A DNA stretch of 64,000 nucleotides, taken from contig OX597821.1 in NCBI GenBank assembly GCA_951406725.2, positions 45,446,001 to 45,510,000 on the forward strand, written 5' to 3'. The first letter of the stretch is position 1, and each line of letters starts with the position of its first letter. Both the position numbers and the translations under genes were made by a program. Shown here one piece after another: positions 28,160-41,149 of the stretch. The stretch is from Octopus vulgaris (taxonomy: Eukaryota). The notes under the pieces were generated by a model. It did not search any database. It was not told where the DNA came from and was given only the letters and a program-made list of their open reading frames with translations.

Positions 28160-29212
28160 CATTCAGATTGTGCTTTTTACATGCCACCGGCATGAGGAAC
28201 CAGTCGGGCAGCTCTGGCAATGACCCACACATGAATGGTGCTTATTGCATGTCACCAGACATGGGAGCCAGTCAGGTGGCACTGGTATCAGCCACAACTA
28301 CAATTTCCATTTGATTGTGATTTGATTTGATTTTGATTTTGATTTACTTGACTCAATAGGTCACCTCAAGCATGACATGTCACCCAATGATTCAAAGGTA
28401 CTTTTTAGGTGGGCTGGTTATGTGACACTGGTGTAGGCTATGGCTGGGATCTCACTTTCCTTGCCAGGTCTTCTCTCGGTCTTTCGTCATTGCCTCTGTG
28501 AGACCCAGCATTCAAAGGTCATGCTTCACCACCTCATCCCATGTCTTCCTGGTTCTCACTCTTCTATAGGTTCCTACCACTGTTAGGAGTGACTCTTCTT
28601 CACACAGCTCTCCTCATCTATACATAGCACATGACCATACCAGCGCAGTCATCTCTCTTGCACACTACATCTGATGCTTCTTATGTCCAACATTTCTCTC
28701 AGGGCGCTTACACTATGTCGTGTGTGCACACTGGCATTACATAGCCAACAGATCATGCTAGCTTCATCTCTTTCAAGCCTACGTATGTCTTCAGCAGTCA
28801 CAGCCCATGTTTCACTGCCATGTAGCATGGCATTTCGCACCTCTGAGCGAGAAGCCCTTTGTCACCAGTAGAAGTAGGAGCTTTCCGAATTTTGCCCAGG
28901 TTATTCTTATTCTAGTGGCAATGCTCTCTGAGCATCCACCCCCACTACAGACTTGGTTACCTAGGTAGCAGAAGTTATCAACTACTTCTAGTTTCTCCCC
29001 CTGGCATATGATGGAATCAGTTTTCTGAGCATCTGCGATGTTTATTGCCCCTGTGCATCTGCCACACACAAAAGCTATCTTCCCGGTTCACCTTCCTTTG
29101 ATGTTGCTGCACCTCTTATGCATCCATAGCTTACACTGGGTACAGCATATGGCATTTCTACCTACACCTTTTCTACAGATCAAGCAGGGCCATCTATCTG
29201 AAAGGGGTTTGT
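28160..29212 (-). mobile_element. RTE-like LINE fragment (PHD-insert family)
   Basis: PCLICRKGVGRN...VCGRC...NFCYLG...AMLHGSETWAV on the minus strand. Confidence 0.85.
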
Positions 29213-29344
29213 GATGTGTTTGCCTTCCTACTTACTAGGACTTTGATTTTTGCATATATATATATATACATACATACATACATATATATATATACACACA
29301 TACACATATATATATATACATACATACATTCATACATATATATC

Positions 29345-29748
29345 TCTGCCGTGAGGCTTCATTTCTACACATGCCAGCTGAATTCAGTTCATCACCAGTC
29401 GAAAGACACCTGTTGTTATGTCCTGTTATTATCATTATTATTTTTATTGTATTTTTGTATTTATATTCGTGTAACATCGTCCGTTTTTCCGTCCTTGTTT
29501 TCATATACATTGGATGCTTTTTTCCAATGAATCTAATGCTCTTAGCTTAGCTTTTCCTTGGAGCTGGCCAGATTGGAGCAATCTCAAGATTAATCACCCG
29601 AAATTGCGAGGATAATCCGGTTCTTGACTGGGGATAAAAGGCTTTGAATGACCTGTCCTTGCTTTTATGTATCGTCTATCTGGATGTTTTGTTGTCCCTT
29701 TTTGTATCACCTAGTTGTCCGGATGTTTTGCGTTCTTGTCCCATTTTG

Positions 29749-29804
<56 letters not shown>

Positions 29805-30765
29805 GCACATAAATATATCAGCTCGAACTGTCTCAAGTGTAACTACCTGAAACGGTGTGACTTCTGGAACTTGACTGAAGAAAGAAGGCCACAAATGACC
29901 TGTCTTTTTTTGCTTGTCCTAATTGTTTCTCTTGTCCGCCTTGTATCTTCTCTCTGTCTGAATGTTTTATTGTACACTATTGCGTTTTTGTTCCATTTTA
30001 ATATTTATATAGACATATAGTGGCATACATACACCCTTGTGCTCACCTTATAGTAAGTATGTATCTAAATTTTGTATGACTCTTACTCCATTTTTAATTC
30101 CCCCACTTACCTTCTTCCAATTTTCTTTTTCTTGCTCCCCCTCTATCTTACATTTCTTGGTCCTCTCTTTCTTTAGCTCCCACTATTTCCCACTCATTTA
30201 TCTCCCCTGTACTTTTCTCTTCATCTCTGATTTTTTGTAATCCTTCAATCCCACTGTCTCCTACCCATCTCTCCTCCTTCCACATCACCGGTTTCCAGCC
30301 AGCCATGATCTTTCTTTCTTGGCCTGACTGCTGACCATCAACACTTCTTATGTCCATCTCCTATGTTCCTGCCTTTAGGCTTTCACTTCATACACGCCAG
30401 CTAAATTTGATTTGTTCTCAGTCGAAAGACACCTGTTGTTATTTTCTTGTTGTTTGTATTTGTAATTGTGTACCATGTTCTCTGTTTTTTTGTTTTTGTT
30501 GCCAAACACATTCGCTAATTTTCTTACAAAGGGGTCTAATGCTCTTAGCTTAGACTTTTTTGGGGACAACCAGATCGAACCGTCTCAAGTGTAACAAACC
30601 AAAACAATTGTGACTTCTGGGACTTGACTGAGGAAAGAAGGCCACAAATGACCTGTCTTTTTTTTGCCTGTCCTTCTAATTGTTGTTTCTCTTGTCCGCC
30701 TTGTATCATCTATTTGTCCAAATGTTTTATGGTACTCTATTGCGTTTTTGTTCCATTTTAATATA
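29345..30765 (+). mobile_element. Partially tandem-duplicated element, probably Penelope-like terminal repeats
   Basis: Blocks cagtcgaaagacacctgttgttat, tctaatgctcttagcttag and gtctcaagtgtaac...gaaggccacaaatgacctgtc each occur twice in the same order (about 29345-30005 and 30375-30765). Confidence 0.55.
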
Positions 30766-30766
30766 T

Positions 30767-30996
30767 ACTCTTTTACTCTTTTACTTGTTTCAGTCATTTG
30801 ACTGTGGCCATGCTGGAGCACCGCCTTTAGTCGAGTAAATCGACCCCAGGACTTATTCGTTGTAAGCCTAGTACTTATTCTATCGGCCTCTTTTGCCGAA
30901 CCGCTAAGTTACAGGGACGTAAACACACCACCATCAGTTGTCAAGCGATGTTGGGGGATAAACACAGACACACAAACATATACATACAATTACATA

Positions 30997-31032
<36 letters not shown>

Positions 31033-31199
31033 TATTTACGATGGGATTCTTTCAGTTTCCACCTACCAAATCCACTCACAAGGCTTTGGTTGGCACGAGG
31101 CTATAGTAGAAGACACTTGCCCAAGGTGCCATGCAGTGGGACTGAACCTGGAACCATGTGGTTGGTAATCAAGCTACTTACCACACAGCCTCTCCTACA

Positions 31200-31203
<4 letters not shown>
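30767..31203 (-). mobile_element. SINE family A, full-length copy
   Basis: Complete head-to-tail reverse copy. Confidence 0.9.
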
Positions 31204-31251
<48 letters not shown>

Positions 31252-31443
31252 CATACATATACATACTTCAAAGAGAGTTAGAGGTTGTGAATCCAACCAA
31301 CTAAGGGATAGTATCTATCCAATATACTGGTGGTAGAATACCAAATTTTTTATACACAAATATTGATTATTGTGTGGCAATTACACTATTGAGCGTAATA
31401 AATGGGCAAGGGTAAAAAGTGGTTTACCCTTAATTTATTTGGC

Positions 31444-31668
31444 AAGAAGAAAATGGAAGGGACCCAGAGATAGTATGCATCATCTGTTAGACATTATATA
31501 TTGTCTATTTATTTATTTAAAACAATTATGAGAATATATATACATATGTAAAACACAATCTTTACATATGTATATATATTCTCTTAATTGTTTTAAGTAA
31601 ATAAATAGATATAATATAATGTCTAACAGTTGATGCATACTATCTCTGGATCCCCCTCCATTTTCTTC

Positions 31669-31671
<3 letters not shown>
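31444..31671. repeat. Inverted repeat, arms about 110 bp, 7-8 nt loop
   Basis: aagaagaaaatgg...catatgtaaaa cacaatc tttacatatg...ccattttcttcctt. Confidence 0.92.
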
Positions 31672-31757
<86 letters not shown>

Positions 31758-32094
31758 AACTTGGGGGATATGGAAAAATAATGATTAAAAGAAGAAAATT
31801 CACTATTCATTTTATATTGCAGTTAATTGATACAAAAAAGCATTACTTACAAACAAATCACTTCAAAATGCATTAATATATATTTAGAAACAGATTGTCG
31901 CAGTTAAATTACTTTACATTAAGTTTTCCAAAATTATATTTTCCAGAATATTATATCATAGCCAGAATACATTACAACAATCGAATCATTTCAAGACCTA
32001 GTTTTACCTCAAGCCATTCACACTCCCAACATAGAATTGAAGAGGTCCGAGATGATATCAACATCTATCAGTGACTCCCTTGGGATGTATTCAT

Positions 32095-32445
32095 GAGTGA
32101 TGAGAAGCAGGATGCTGAACTCGAAGCTAGAATTGCAGGTGCTAGCACAGTATTGTGCCAGCTCAAGCATTTGATCCTCAGCTATGGTCATAAATGTTGG
32201 GTAATGATTAGAAGAGTACAGATGCAAATACAAGCAGCCAAGATGGGTTTCCTCCAAAGAATCTCTATAGTAATATTACTCATCAGGATGTGTTGCTTGG
32301 AGACAGGGAATCTCTCCAAGTTGAGCTACTGCTTCACCACATTGAGAGGTCACAGCTACAGTACTTTGGACATGTAATCAGAACGTCAACGGAAAAAGTT
32401 GCCAGACAGATTCCTCAAGCTGGGCTAAATGGCAGGAAACTTAGA
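32095..32445 (+). mobile_element. RTE LINE C-terminal fragment
   Basis: ELEARIAGASTVL...LSYGHKCWVM...IQAAKMGFLQRI...GHVIR. Confidence 0.7.
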
Positions 32446-32459
32446 TAAGGCGTGCCTTC

Positions 32460-33290
32460 AGCGATGACAAGAACTTCACTGTTAGTGGCCCACTCCCTAC
32501 AAACATCTCAAATGTCACTGACAGGTCTCGCTACTTAAGGATTTTGTTCCATTCGGCCACGGAAGCAGTGACCCTCCCATTTACCGCAACATCCAGGATG
32601 TGGGAGAGAGCAAAAGAGTCAAAGACTGCAGTGTCACAGATGAGGCAACTACCTCTTACCCAAGGACAAAGAGTAAGACCATCTGGTCTCTTCCCATCAT
32701 TTCTGGATAATCCCACCGGCTCCAAAACTGAGAGGATATTAACACGAGTCACGGCCTGCTTAATGATCAAGTTTAGCTCAATGTACCGAGCGAAACAATC
32801 AGCATTTATACGGCAAGACAAACCGTGAAGGCCTGATGAGTCAAGGGGTATACCATAGCGATATTTCAGTACCCTACATACGTCGGTTCCCACTCTAAGT
32901 GCGATGGAGATGCGGAGCTCGTTCTAGACTGATTAGACTACGAGTGTCGGCCACAAGCAGAACATCAGTCGAGACACCGAGTATTTTGCACTAGCAGAAA
33001 ATCGGCAACTCCTTGCAAATTGATCATATTGATTTGTATTAGGAATTAACAAACCCAGGTCTCTCCACTGTAACAGAGCTTCATCCATTTTCCTGTTGGA
33101 AAGGAGAGGATGTTGCCTACTAAAGGGGAGCAAACGTGGATGGACGAAAGAAAACAGGGAAGAGATAGAGACGAGCATTTACGTAAACTTGGACTCCCCA
33201 AACCGTTTGGTCAAAGCAGCCTGGTCGCGGGACTCTGGAGAAAAAGTCTGACATTGACCAAACATTCGAGGAAGAACTAGAGTGATAAGA
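32460..33290 (-). mobile_element. CRE-clade non-LTR retrotransposon fragment (zinc knuckle and RLE)
   Basis: GLHGLSC...EPVGLSRNDGKRPDGLTLCPWVRG...D...AEWNK..K, a typical CRE C-terminus. Confidence 0.8.
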
Positions 33291-34020
33291 TTTCTTTACT
33301 TCAATGATCAAATGTCGATCTTCTCTGATCAAATAAACAAATATTTTCCACTATTTTCCTCCTTTCATTTTACTAAACCAGTATTTGTGGTTTTCCTACA
33401 GCTCTATTTACGGCTTTTTTCCAATCCACCATATTTGCTAGAAGTATGGTGGAATGGTGTCGACTTGACGAAATTAGATACTTTCCCGCTTCGTCTTTTA
33501 CGTGCTGTAAAAAAAATATATTCTATGAAATTAATAGCTACATACTGAATAACAAAATTTGTTACTAAAAAATATGGGAAATAACTTTGAATATTTTTTA
33601 CGAGTTGTTTCCCTTTAACCGCTAATAGCATATCGATGAAATCTAGTAAAATGGTTCCATTATTCCGCGAACATTTTCTAACAAGATTAATTATATTTTA
33701 CTAAACATACGGTTACCGTCCTACATCTTTGGAAATATTTTATTTTGTACTATGAATAGAGGAATAGTACAGTTTATATAATATAAACAAAATCTGTGAG
33801 TCTATTCGTCCATTTGTTTGTAGACTATGTTTTTATATATAAATGATGTACAGGATATCTCACGCAATTTCCTTAATTAATTGAATTTTCCCATTTAGTT
33901 GGAGAAATGAAACAAAAACCTACATCAATTGTAAGCATCTTTTAAAGAAGAAGGGGAGACAATTCAATTTGTTGCATATAAGAACATGCTTGCCTTCTGA
34001 TCAGGCAGTTTGGTGTAACT

Positions 34021-35392
34021 TACGATGTGGTATCCAAAAGACCGCTGGACTAGATATGTTCGGTAAAAACGTAACTATTTACCGAAGTTTTAACATTATC
34101 TCCTTCGAAATAGTTACCTTGCGCAGCAATACACCGGTCCCAGCGTTCCTCCCACTTTTGGAATCCGGTCAGGAAATTGTTTCCCATAAGCAAGTCGAGG
34201 ACCTTCTGTGATTCACTCTATACCTCAACAACAGTGTTAAAACGGCAGCCTTTTAGCTGCTTTTTCACATTGGGAAAGAGACGAAAACCTTCAAGTGCTA
34301 AATCTGGCGAATAGGGCTGGTGTGGAAGCGATACGGTGTTGCTTTTGGCGAGAAACTCACGAATGAGGAGAGCTCGGTGACAGGGGGCATTGTCGTCATG
34401 AAGAATTCAATTATTCACGCTCAACAAATGCCCCGAATGCCCTCCCTCAAACACTTCAAAACGACGCAGTAGGACTCTCGATTGACAGTCAGGTCCTGGA
34501 GGTCGAATTCTCAATGCAAAATACCGCAGATGTTGAAATAAAAAACAAAAAAAAAAAAAAACGAGCATGCTCTTGATTAAGCTGCGGCTCTGATGAGCCT
34601 TCTTCAGACATGGAGATGAAGGTTTCTTCCATTGTGACGACTGCTGCTTTATTTCAGAGTCGTACCTGTAGATCCAACTCTCGTCACCGGTGATGATCTT
34701 CGACAAGAAGAATGGGTCAGCTGCGGTACGCTGACAGAGATCTCGACAGACATTGATGCGATGTTCTTTCTGCTCAATGGTTAGGTGGGGGATAACCTTG
34801 GCAGAGACACGCCGCATGTTCAATTCAAACGTTAGGATTACCTGCACGGACCTATACGACAAACCAATAGCATCAGCAATGTCGTTGATTATTTTCCGAT
34901 GATCGTCATGCACAATATGATGAATTTTCTCTGCATTTCCGGGGATAACAGCACATAGTTGGCAGCACATAGTTGCATGCACAGTGAGACCTAGCAGTCA
35001 CCATCCATGAGGCAGTGTGCTGGGTGACATCGCTGTGTTTACTTCCAGGGATGCTCTACTGCTTTTGAAGTGCCCATGCCATTCGAAACATTGCATAAGG
35101 CCTCGTCACTGTAGGCTTGTCAAAGCATGCTCAAGGTCTCTGTAGCAGATGTCCCAAGTTTAATAAATAATTTCGCGTTGGCTCTTTCTTTCAACTTCCT
35201 GTCCATAACAAAATCACAAACTACAGCATACATGTGTTCACAAAACACAAATTTCACAACTTGCAAAGTAAACACAGTGATGTCACTCAGCACACTGCCT
35301 CATAAAGGTGACTGCTAGTCCTCACTGCGCATGCAACTATGTACTGCTATCTGCTGGCGTGCTACAGAACCAGTCCAGGAACCTTTTGATGT
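34021..35392 (-). mobile_element. Near full-length defective mariner transposon
   Basis: IITGDESWIY.YD.E.KQQSSQW, HDDNAP and YSPDLA motifs. Degenerate TIRs (atccaaaag..ctggacta / ccagtccagg..cttttgat). Frameshifted. Confidence 0.88.
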
Positions 35393-35932
35393 ATATTGCT
35401 GATGAGGTCAGCAATAGGTTGAAACATGTCAAAAGTTGTCCTTTTCTCTTGACTGAAAACTAAGACCAGACTTTTTCTTGAGCATGTAAAATAATTTTGA
35501 GAGATTAATTCTTAATCAATTGAAATTATATCTCCATTTCTATGAAGCCACAATTAGTTTCTGCTTTTTGTTTCCTTTCTCTAAAATGACAAAAATTCTA
35601 ATGAACATATTTTCTAGTGTCAAGGATACTATGACCTCATTGTGAGTTGAATTTCTTTTAAAGTGAACAAATATATTAAAAAAATGGCTCAATTCTTACA
35701 CTTAACCAAGTTCTTTTGTTAGTGGTTTGATTTGTCTTTTACTTATACTGTACAAAGACATAAGTTCAACTAATTCAATTCTACTACAGAAGTTGTATTA
35801 GGTCTGTGATAATATTTTAGTCTTAAAAAACCAAACCAAGGTTGTAGAATGTAAGTAGGGATTATGCAAAAATGTAAGAGGTTGTTTATGAAATTGAAAA
35901 GAACTGAGTCCCTCTTTTGTTTTTACCTTTAG

Positions 35933-36003
35933 GTGCACAGTTTGCCGGGTTCCTGACAAATTAGATGAAAGTGGTTTACAAGAAACACAGCAAACATATG
36001 CAG
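35933..36003 (+). CDS. CERKL: CERKL-like exon 5 of window
   Basis: ttttacctttag acceptor, CAG|gttggt donor. CTVCRVPDKLDESGLQETQQTYA completes CTRGCTVC. Phase 2 to 1. Confidence 0.8.
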
Positions 36004-36056
36004 GTTGGTTCAAAGCAAACTAATATATTTACATACATATGTACGTACGTATGTAC

Positions 36057-36087
<31 letters not shown>

Positions 36088-36156
36088 TGTATGTATGTAT
36101 GTATGTATGTATGTATGTATGTATGTATGTATGTATGTATGTATGTATGTATGTAT

Positions 36157-36366
36157 GTCATTGTTCTGTTTTATTTCAAGATTTCTCGCCAATAGAGAAA
36201 GAGTCAGTTTCTTACTTGGATTCAAGGTTCCTTCATTGGAATTTCAATATCAACGACAGGGTATGTATGTATGTATGTATGTATGTATGTATGTATGTAT
36301 GTATGTATGTATGTATGTATGTGTGTATGTATGTATGTATGTATGTATGTGTGTGTGTATGTATGT

Positions 36367-36402
<36 letters not shown>

Positions 36403-36670
36403 GTGTGTGTATGTATGTATGTGTGTATGTATGTATGTGTGTGTATGTATTTATGTATGTATGTATGTGTGCAGATTTTTACAGTTCCAGTGATGGAGTA
36501 GATCTGTAGTCTTCGAATTAGCTTTCTCCTTTCTGGTTTTGAAAAGCCTAATTTCTCAAGATTGTTTTTTAGGCAGTGTTATATATCCCAGGACCCCAAA
36601 AATTACAGGTATAAACCTGAACTTGTAATCTGGATAGAGTAAAAGCAGATTATTCAATAGTATTTCTTAT
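36157..36670 (-). mobile_element. RLE-type LINE 3' end embedded in (TATG)n
   Basis: LYPDYKFRFIPVIFGVLGYI...NLEKLGFSKPERRKLIRRLQIYSITGTVKIC on the minus strand. Confidence 0.7.
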
Positions 36671-36727
36671 ATGTATGCATGTATGTCTGTCTATCTGTCT
36701 GTATGTATCTATGTGTATGTATGTGTG

Positions 36728-36761
<34 letters not shown>

Positions 36762-37433
36762 TGTATGTATGTATGTATGTATGTATGTATGTATGTGCAT
36801 ATGCATGTATGTGTGTACAACGCTCATTCCTTTCTAAATATTCATTTGTTATTTTTAAATCTATTTTCCAAAGCTCACAGAGTTAGATGCATATGTTATT
36901 TAGACATGATTTTAAAGTTGGATGCCCTTCTTACCGGTTTTTCAGATAAGGAATCTCTTACTCTATAGGACTTTAAAAGCACTAAGTGAGTGGAAAAGTT
37001 ATTGAAAGAAGACCTAGCCACAACTCTGCTCAAACATTGTGACTTTCACAAAAGCAAGCACACACACAAAAACACACACACACACTCACACACTCACACA
37101 CATACAAGCAGTGAACATTATTTTCTCAGTAAAAATAAATATGATACTCTACTTAAATGTATTGAGTAATCTCAAAGTTTGAATTGTTTTATATATAATT
37201 ATGCATAAAACTAGCATTACTATAAATACATACACACACACACACACACACACACGTTTGTGTGTGTGTGTAGGAGTGGATGGGTGCATGTGCACACATA
37301 TGTGCCAGTGTTCAGCTGCATTATCTCATGAAAAAGCTAACGTCTGCATTTTATTCTCTATCAAAAACCTATTTAACTTAATTGAAATTGTAATGATTAT
37401 TTTTTTTATTATAAAACTGTTTTCTAATTGTAG

Positions 37434-37648
37434 ATTCTGTTTTGAGTTCTGAATGGAAAGTTGGCCCTCCTCAGTATTTCATGAATGTTGGAATCTTTAC
37501 AATTCCTGGTTTGTGTAGTTTTGCTCCAGAAGGTCTCAGCAAGTTCACTCATTTGGCAGATGGATCAATGCATTTATCATTAGTGCATAACACAGAACGC
37601 TCAGAATTTCTACATTTCCTCAAACGTCATACCACATCAAAAGACCAG
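37434..37648 (+). CDS. CERKL: CERKL-like exon 6 of window
   Basis: ttgtag acceptor, CAG|gtgctt donor. EWKVGPPQYFMNVGIFTIPGLCSFAPEGLSKFTHLADGSMHLSLVHNTERSEFLHFLKRHTTSKDQ closely follows recalled CERKL [20 protein letters not shown]...NGSM...NTSRPEF. Phase 1 to 0. Confidence 0.92.
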
Positions 37649-37777
37649 GTGCTTATTCAGTTCATTCTTTTTATGCTTTTGAAATCCCTTTTTTCAGTGA
37701 GTGTCACTTGAAATCAGAGTTGTGAGAAAATAAAATATGATTATGTAACTCTAGGAAAGCCTTCTTGCTTCTGTACA

Positions 37778-37892
<115 letters not shown>

Positions 37893-39469
37893 AACTGATG
37901 TTGATCAAGTACTAAGAAATATTTCTGATCATAATATTCACACTTTCTTTATAAATGCCTTCCCTCAGCTGTGCTAGAGAAAAACACAGATGACATTTAA
38001 TATATTTAGTTGACTGAAATAATAAAAAGTAAACTAGAGCTTATCCATTTATGTTGTATTAAAATGCTTTCACTTGATATTCCCCTGTTTCAAGTGTTTC
38101 ACATTAATAACTAGTGGTGATTGGTTACTCTAGAATGTATGAGTCACATTTTAGTTTAATTATTATAAAATTATATTTTAATTACTATAAATTAATTTAT
38201 TATTATAAATTATAATTAGATGATGATTTCTTTTGTTAGATATGTCTAGATGTTATTGTTGTTTCATATTAGGCCAGCTATTGTCAAGCAAACCAGTTGT
38301 CAAAGGCATACCACTTATTATCATTCTCTCTTTTTACTTGATCTATTGTAGCCAGGACTACAGTAATCAATGTTTTCTATTATTTGAAGTAAGATGTGAT
38401 TTGAGAGAGATTTGGTTGCTATTTCTAGCAAGTCAAGTAATTCACATAAGAACACCACTTTAGTTTGTGACAGGTTTAGTTTCAAATTATTACTATTTGT
38501 TGTATGATAGATTAATTATTATAAAATAGATGTGTAAACATTTAATGAGGATCTTATTCAGTTTTGCTTCATCAATTCATATATGGAGACATGAAGAACA
38601 TTTAGGATTCATTTGTTAACATGTGGTATTTTATTGAAATTCTCATATTGTGTGAAATTCTCACACATGTTATCCACAACAGGCTCTGGTATTTTATTCA
38701 CCACTAAATCAGTAATCAGTCATTAGAATTAATCCATCATGTCACAAATTCTAGGTTTGTTGTAAGACAATATTGAAATATTGTTAAACTAGAAACTTCT
38801 TACAAAAAGGAGATGGAAACATTGCACCATAATTCACATCACACAACTCATAAAGTACATTTCTTCCAACAAAGAAGTCTCATCATGGTTACTTGACCAG
38901 TTAGAAATAGTAGACAAATCTTCCTCAAATCATACCATACCAACATAAATAAGGACATAATGCCTTTTGTTATTGATGTATGCAGTCCTACATACCTCAG
39001 CAAGGGCAATCATGTAGAAGATAAATTATTGCAAAATAAATAGTTTTTATGATGTTTTGATGTCAGGTGACTGACTTGATAGATACCCACAAGATTAGCC
39101 ACCATTTTTCCAACAACATTCTCAGGTACCCTTTTGAAAACTATGTCTAACACTTGTGGACATGCTTACAAAATCAAAAATCATCCCAGCATCCATGACT
39201 TTTGGAAACATTTTTCATGCTCAGAATTGCTGAAGCATAGAATAAGCTACCTGCATCACCTGTTAGCTGTCAGGATACTACATCTTTCAAAACTTCCATG
39301 CTTCCTGAAATTCGCCAACAATATACTTGATGCCCCACTATCACTTTTTTTAAATGACTCATTCACTGCTCACTTCCTGTGCATATTCTATTTATTGTTC
39401 ATGCACTTTTGGTTACTTTTTCTGATCAGTTGTAGTACACCTGAGCACTGTCTGCAATATTTTCATTCG

Positions 39470-40143
39470 ATGACTGGCATCCGTACTAGTGGGGTGCAAA
39501 GAGCACCATACGAGCATGATCGTTGATAGAGCGGCTAACCGGCTTCCATGCCAGTGGCACATAAAAAGCACCATTTGAGTGTGATCGCTACCAGCATCAC
39601 CTTACTGGCACTTGAGCCTGTGCTACTAGGGTTCCAAGAGCACCATCCAAGCATGATCGTTGCCAGAGCAGCCAACTGGCTTCCGTGCCAGTGGCATATA
39701 AAAGGGCACCATTCAAGCGTGATCGTTACCAATGTCACCTTACTGGCACTTGAACCCGTGCTAGTAGGGTGCCAAGAGCACCATCCGAGCATGATCGTTG
39801 CCAGAGCAGCCAACTGGCTTCCGTGCCAGTGACATATTAAGGGGCACCATTCAAGCGTGATCGTTACCAACGTCGCCTTACTGGCACCTGTGCTGGTAGC
39901 ATGTGTAAAAAGATTCAAGCGAGGTCGTTGCCTGTACCACCTGACTGGCCCCCATGCCGGTGGCACGTAAAAAGCACCCACTACACTCTCGGAGTGGTTG
40001 GCATTAGGAAGGGCATCCGGCTGTAGAAACTCTGCTAAATCAAGATTGGAGCTTGGTGCAGCCATCTGGTTCGCCAGCCCTCAGTCAAAATCGTCCAACC
40101 CATGCTTGCATGGAAAGCGGACGTTAAATGATGATGATGATGA
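39470..40143 (+). mobile_element. Family C 3' region with about 137-bp tandem repeats
   Basis: Units begin gagcaccat at 39501, 39638 and 39776; ends in the family C tail and (GAT)n. Confidence 0.85.
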
Positions 40144-40255
40144 TATATTATTATTATATCTATTATTAACCTTCAAAAGAAAATTAACTCAACAAAAAAC
40201 AATATTCATTAATTATTAATTTAATATTTATTTTTATTTTTGTTTCTTTTTCTAG

Positions 40256-40390
40256 TTTGACCTTCCATTTGTCACATGCTATAAAGTACGGCAGGTACGA
40301 ATCACTCCATATCCACAAATCACTGATGACAAAGGTCGTAGTTCCCCAGTGCTTCCCATGCAGTCAGAAACCAAAGAGGATTCTGTTAAG
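40256..40390 (+). CDS. CERKL: CERKL-like exon 7 of window (135 nt)
   Basis: Long T tract plus tag acceptor, AAG|gtattg donor. FDLPFVTCYKVRQVRITP... continues DQ|FDxxFV as in CERK/CERKL. Phase 0-0. Confidence 0.85.
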
Positions 40391-40537
40391 GTATTGTTCT
40401 TTTATTCTTTCATACGTTTCAGCCCAAAGGCTGTGGCCATGCTGCGGCACCATTATAATGACAACAGTTTTATATTATGAATAGAGAAATGAAACACATC
40501 ACGCTATACGTTATCTGTTATTTCTAATTAACAATGA

Positions 40538-40927
40538 CTAGCAGTATCGCCTGGCATGCTCGGGTTTGTTTCGACCCGCTGGAATTGAAATTTTTGAAAA
40601 GTAAAAATTTTGCATTATGTAGCTTGTCATTCTCTTCAAGTGAACATTTTGCTGGTTGAAATACACCGAAAAGTGGCGAGACAGCAGTGAAAAAATCGTA
40701 AAAAATAGGGATTTTCATAGAAAAGAGCACCTTTTTGATGTAAATAATTTTTGGTGTTTACATGGTCTGATTTGAATTTTATCTTCTACGGAAGGAAAAG
40801 CAACCCTTCTTCTATCATACTCTCAATTTTGGTCAACTTGCGCCACAGGGTCTCGGAGGAGATAGTGTTAGCTGAAGGTTACCAAACCTGGCACACACAG
40901 ACAACTTCAGCTTTATATAGAGAGAGA
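40538..40927 (-). mobile_element. Non-autonomous Helitron-like element
   Basis: Minus strand A|TCtctctctatataaag ... GC-rich subterminal segment ... gCTAG|T: 5'-TC, 3'-CTAG, inserted in AT without a TSD. Confidence 0.75.
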
Positions 40928-41149
40928 TAACACACACACATTAATACACATACACACACACACATGTATGTATGTATGGATGTATGTATGTATATATGTA
41001 CATCTGTCCACTTCTTGCCATATTTTTATCCTTCACTTCCTACACACACACACACATACACACACACACACAGACACACACACACACATGCACGCACACA
41101 AACACACACCTTCTTAGCTCACAATTTCTTTCTTTCAACAATTGACAAC

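Noticed and set aside
34407-34982. 191-aa ORF as an active or domesticated transposase
   Set aside because: The frame shifts at an A/T homopolymer before the second catalytic Asp, and the N-terminus is broken.
39470-39965. CRISPR-like regular repeat array
   Set aside because: The intervening sequences are repeated too, the array runs into a retroposon tail, the context is eukaryotic and there are no cas genes.
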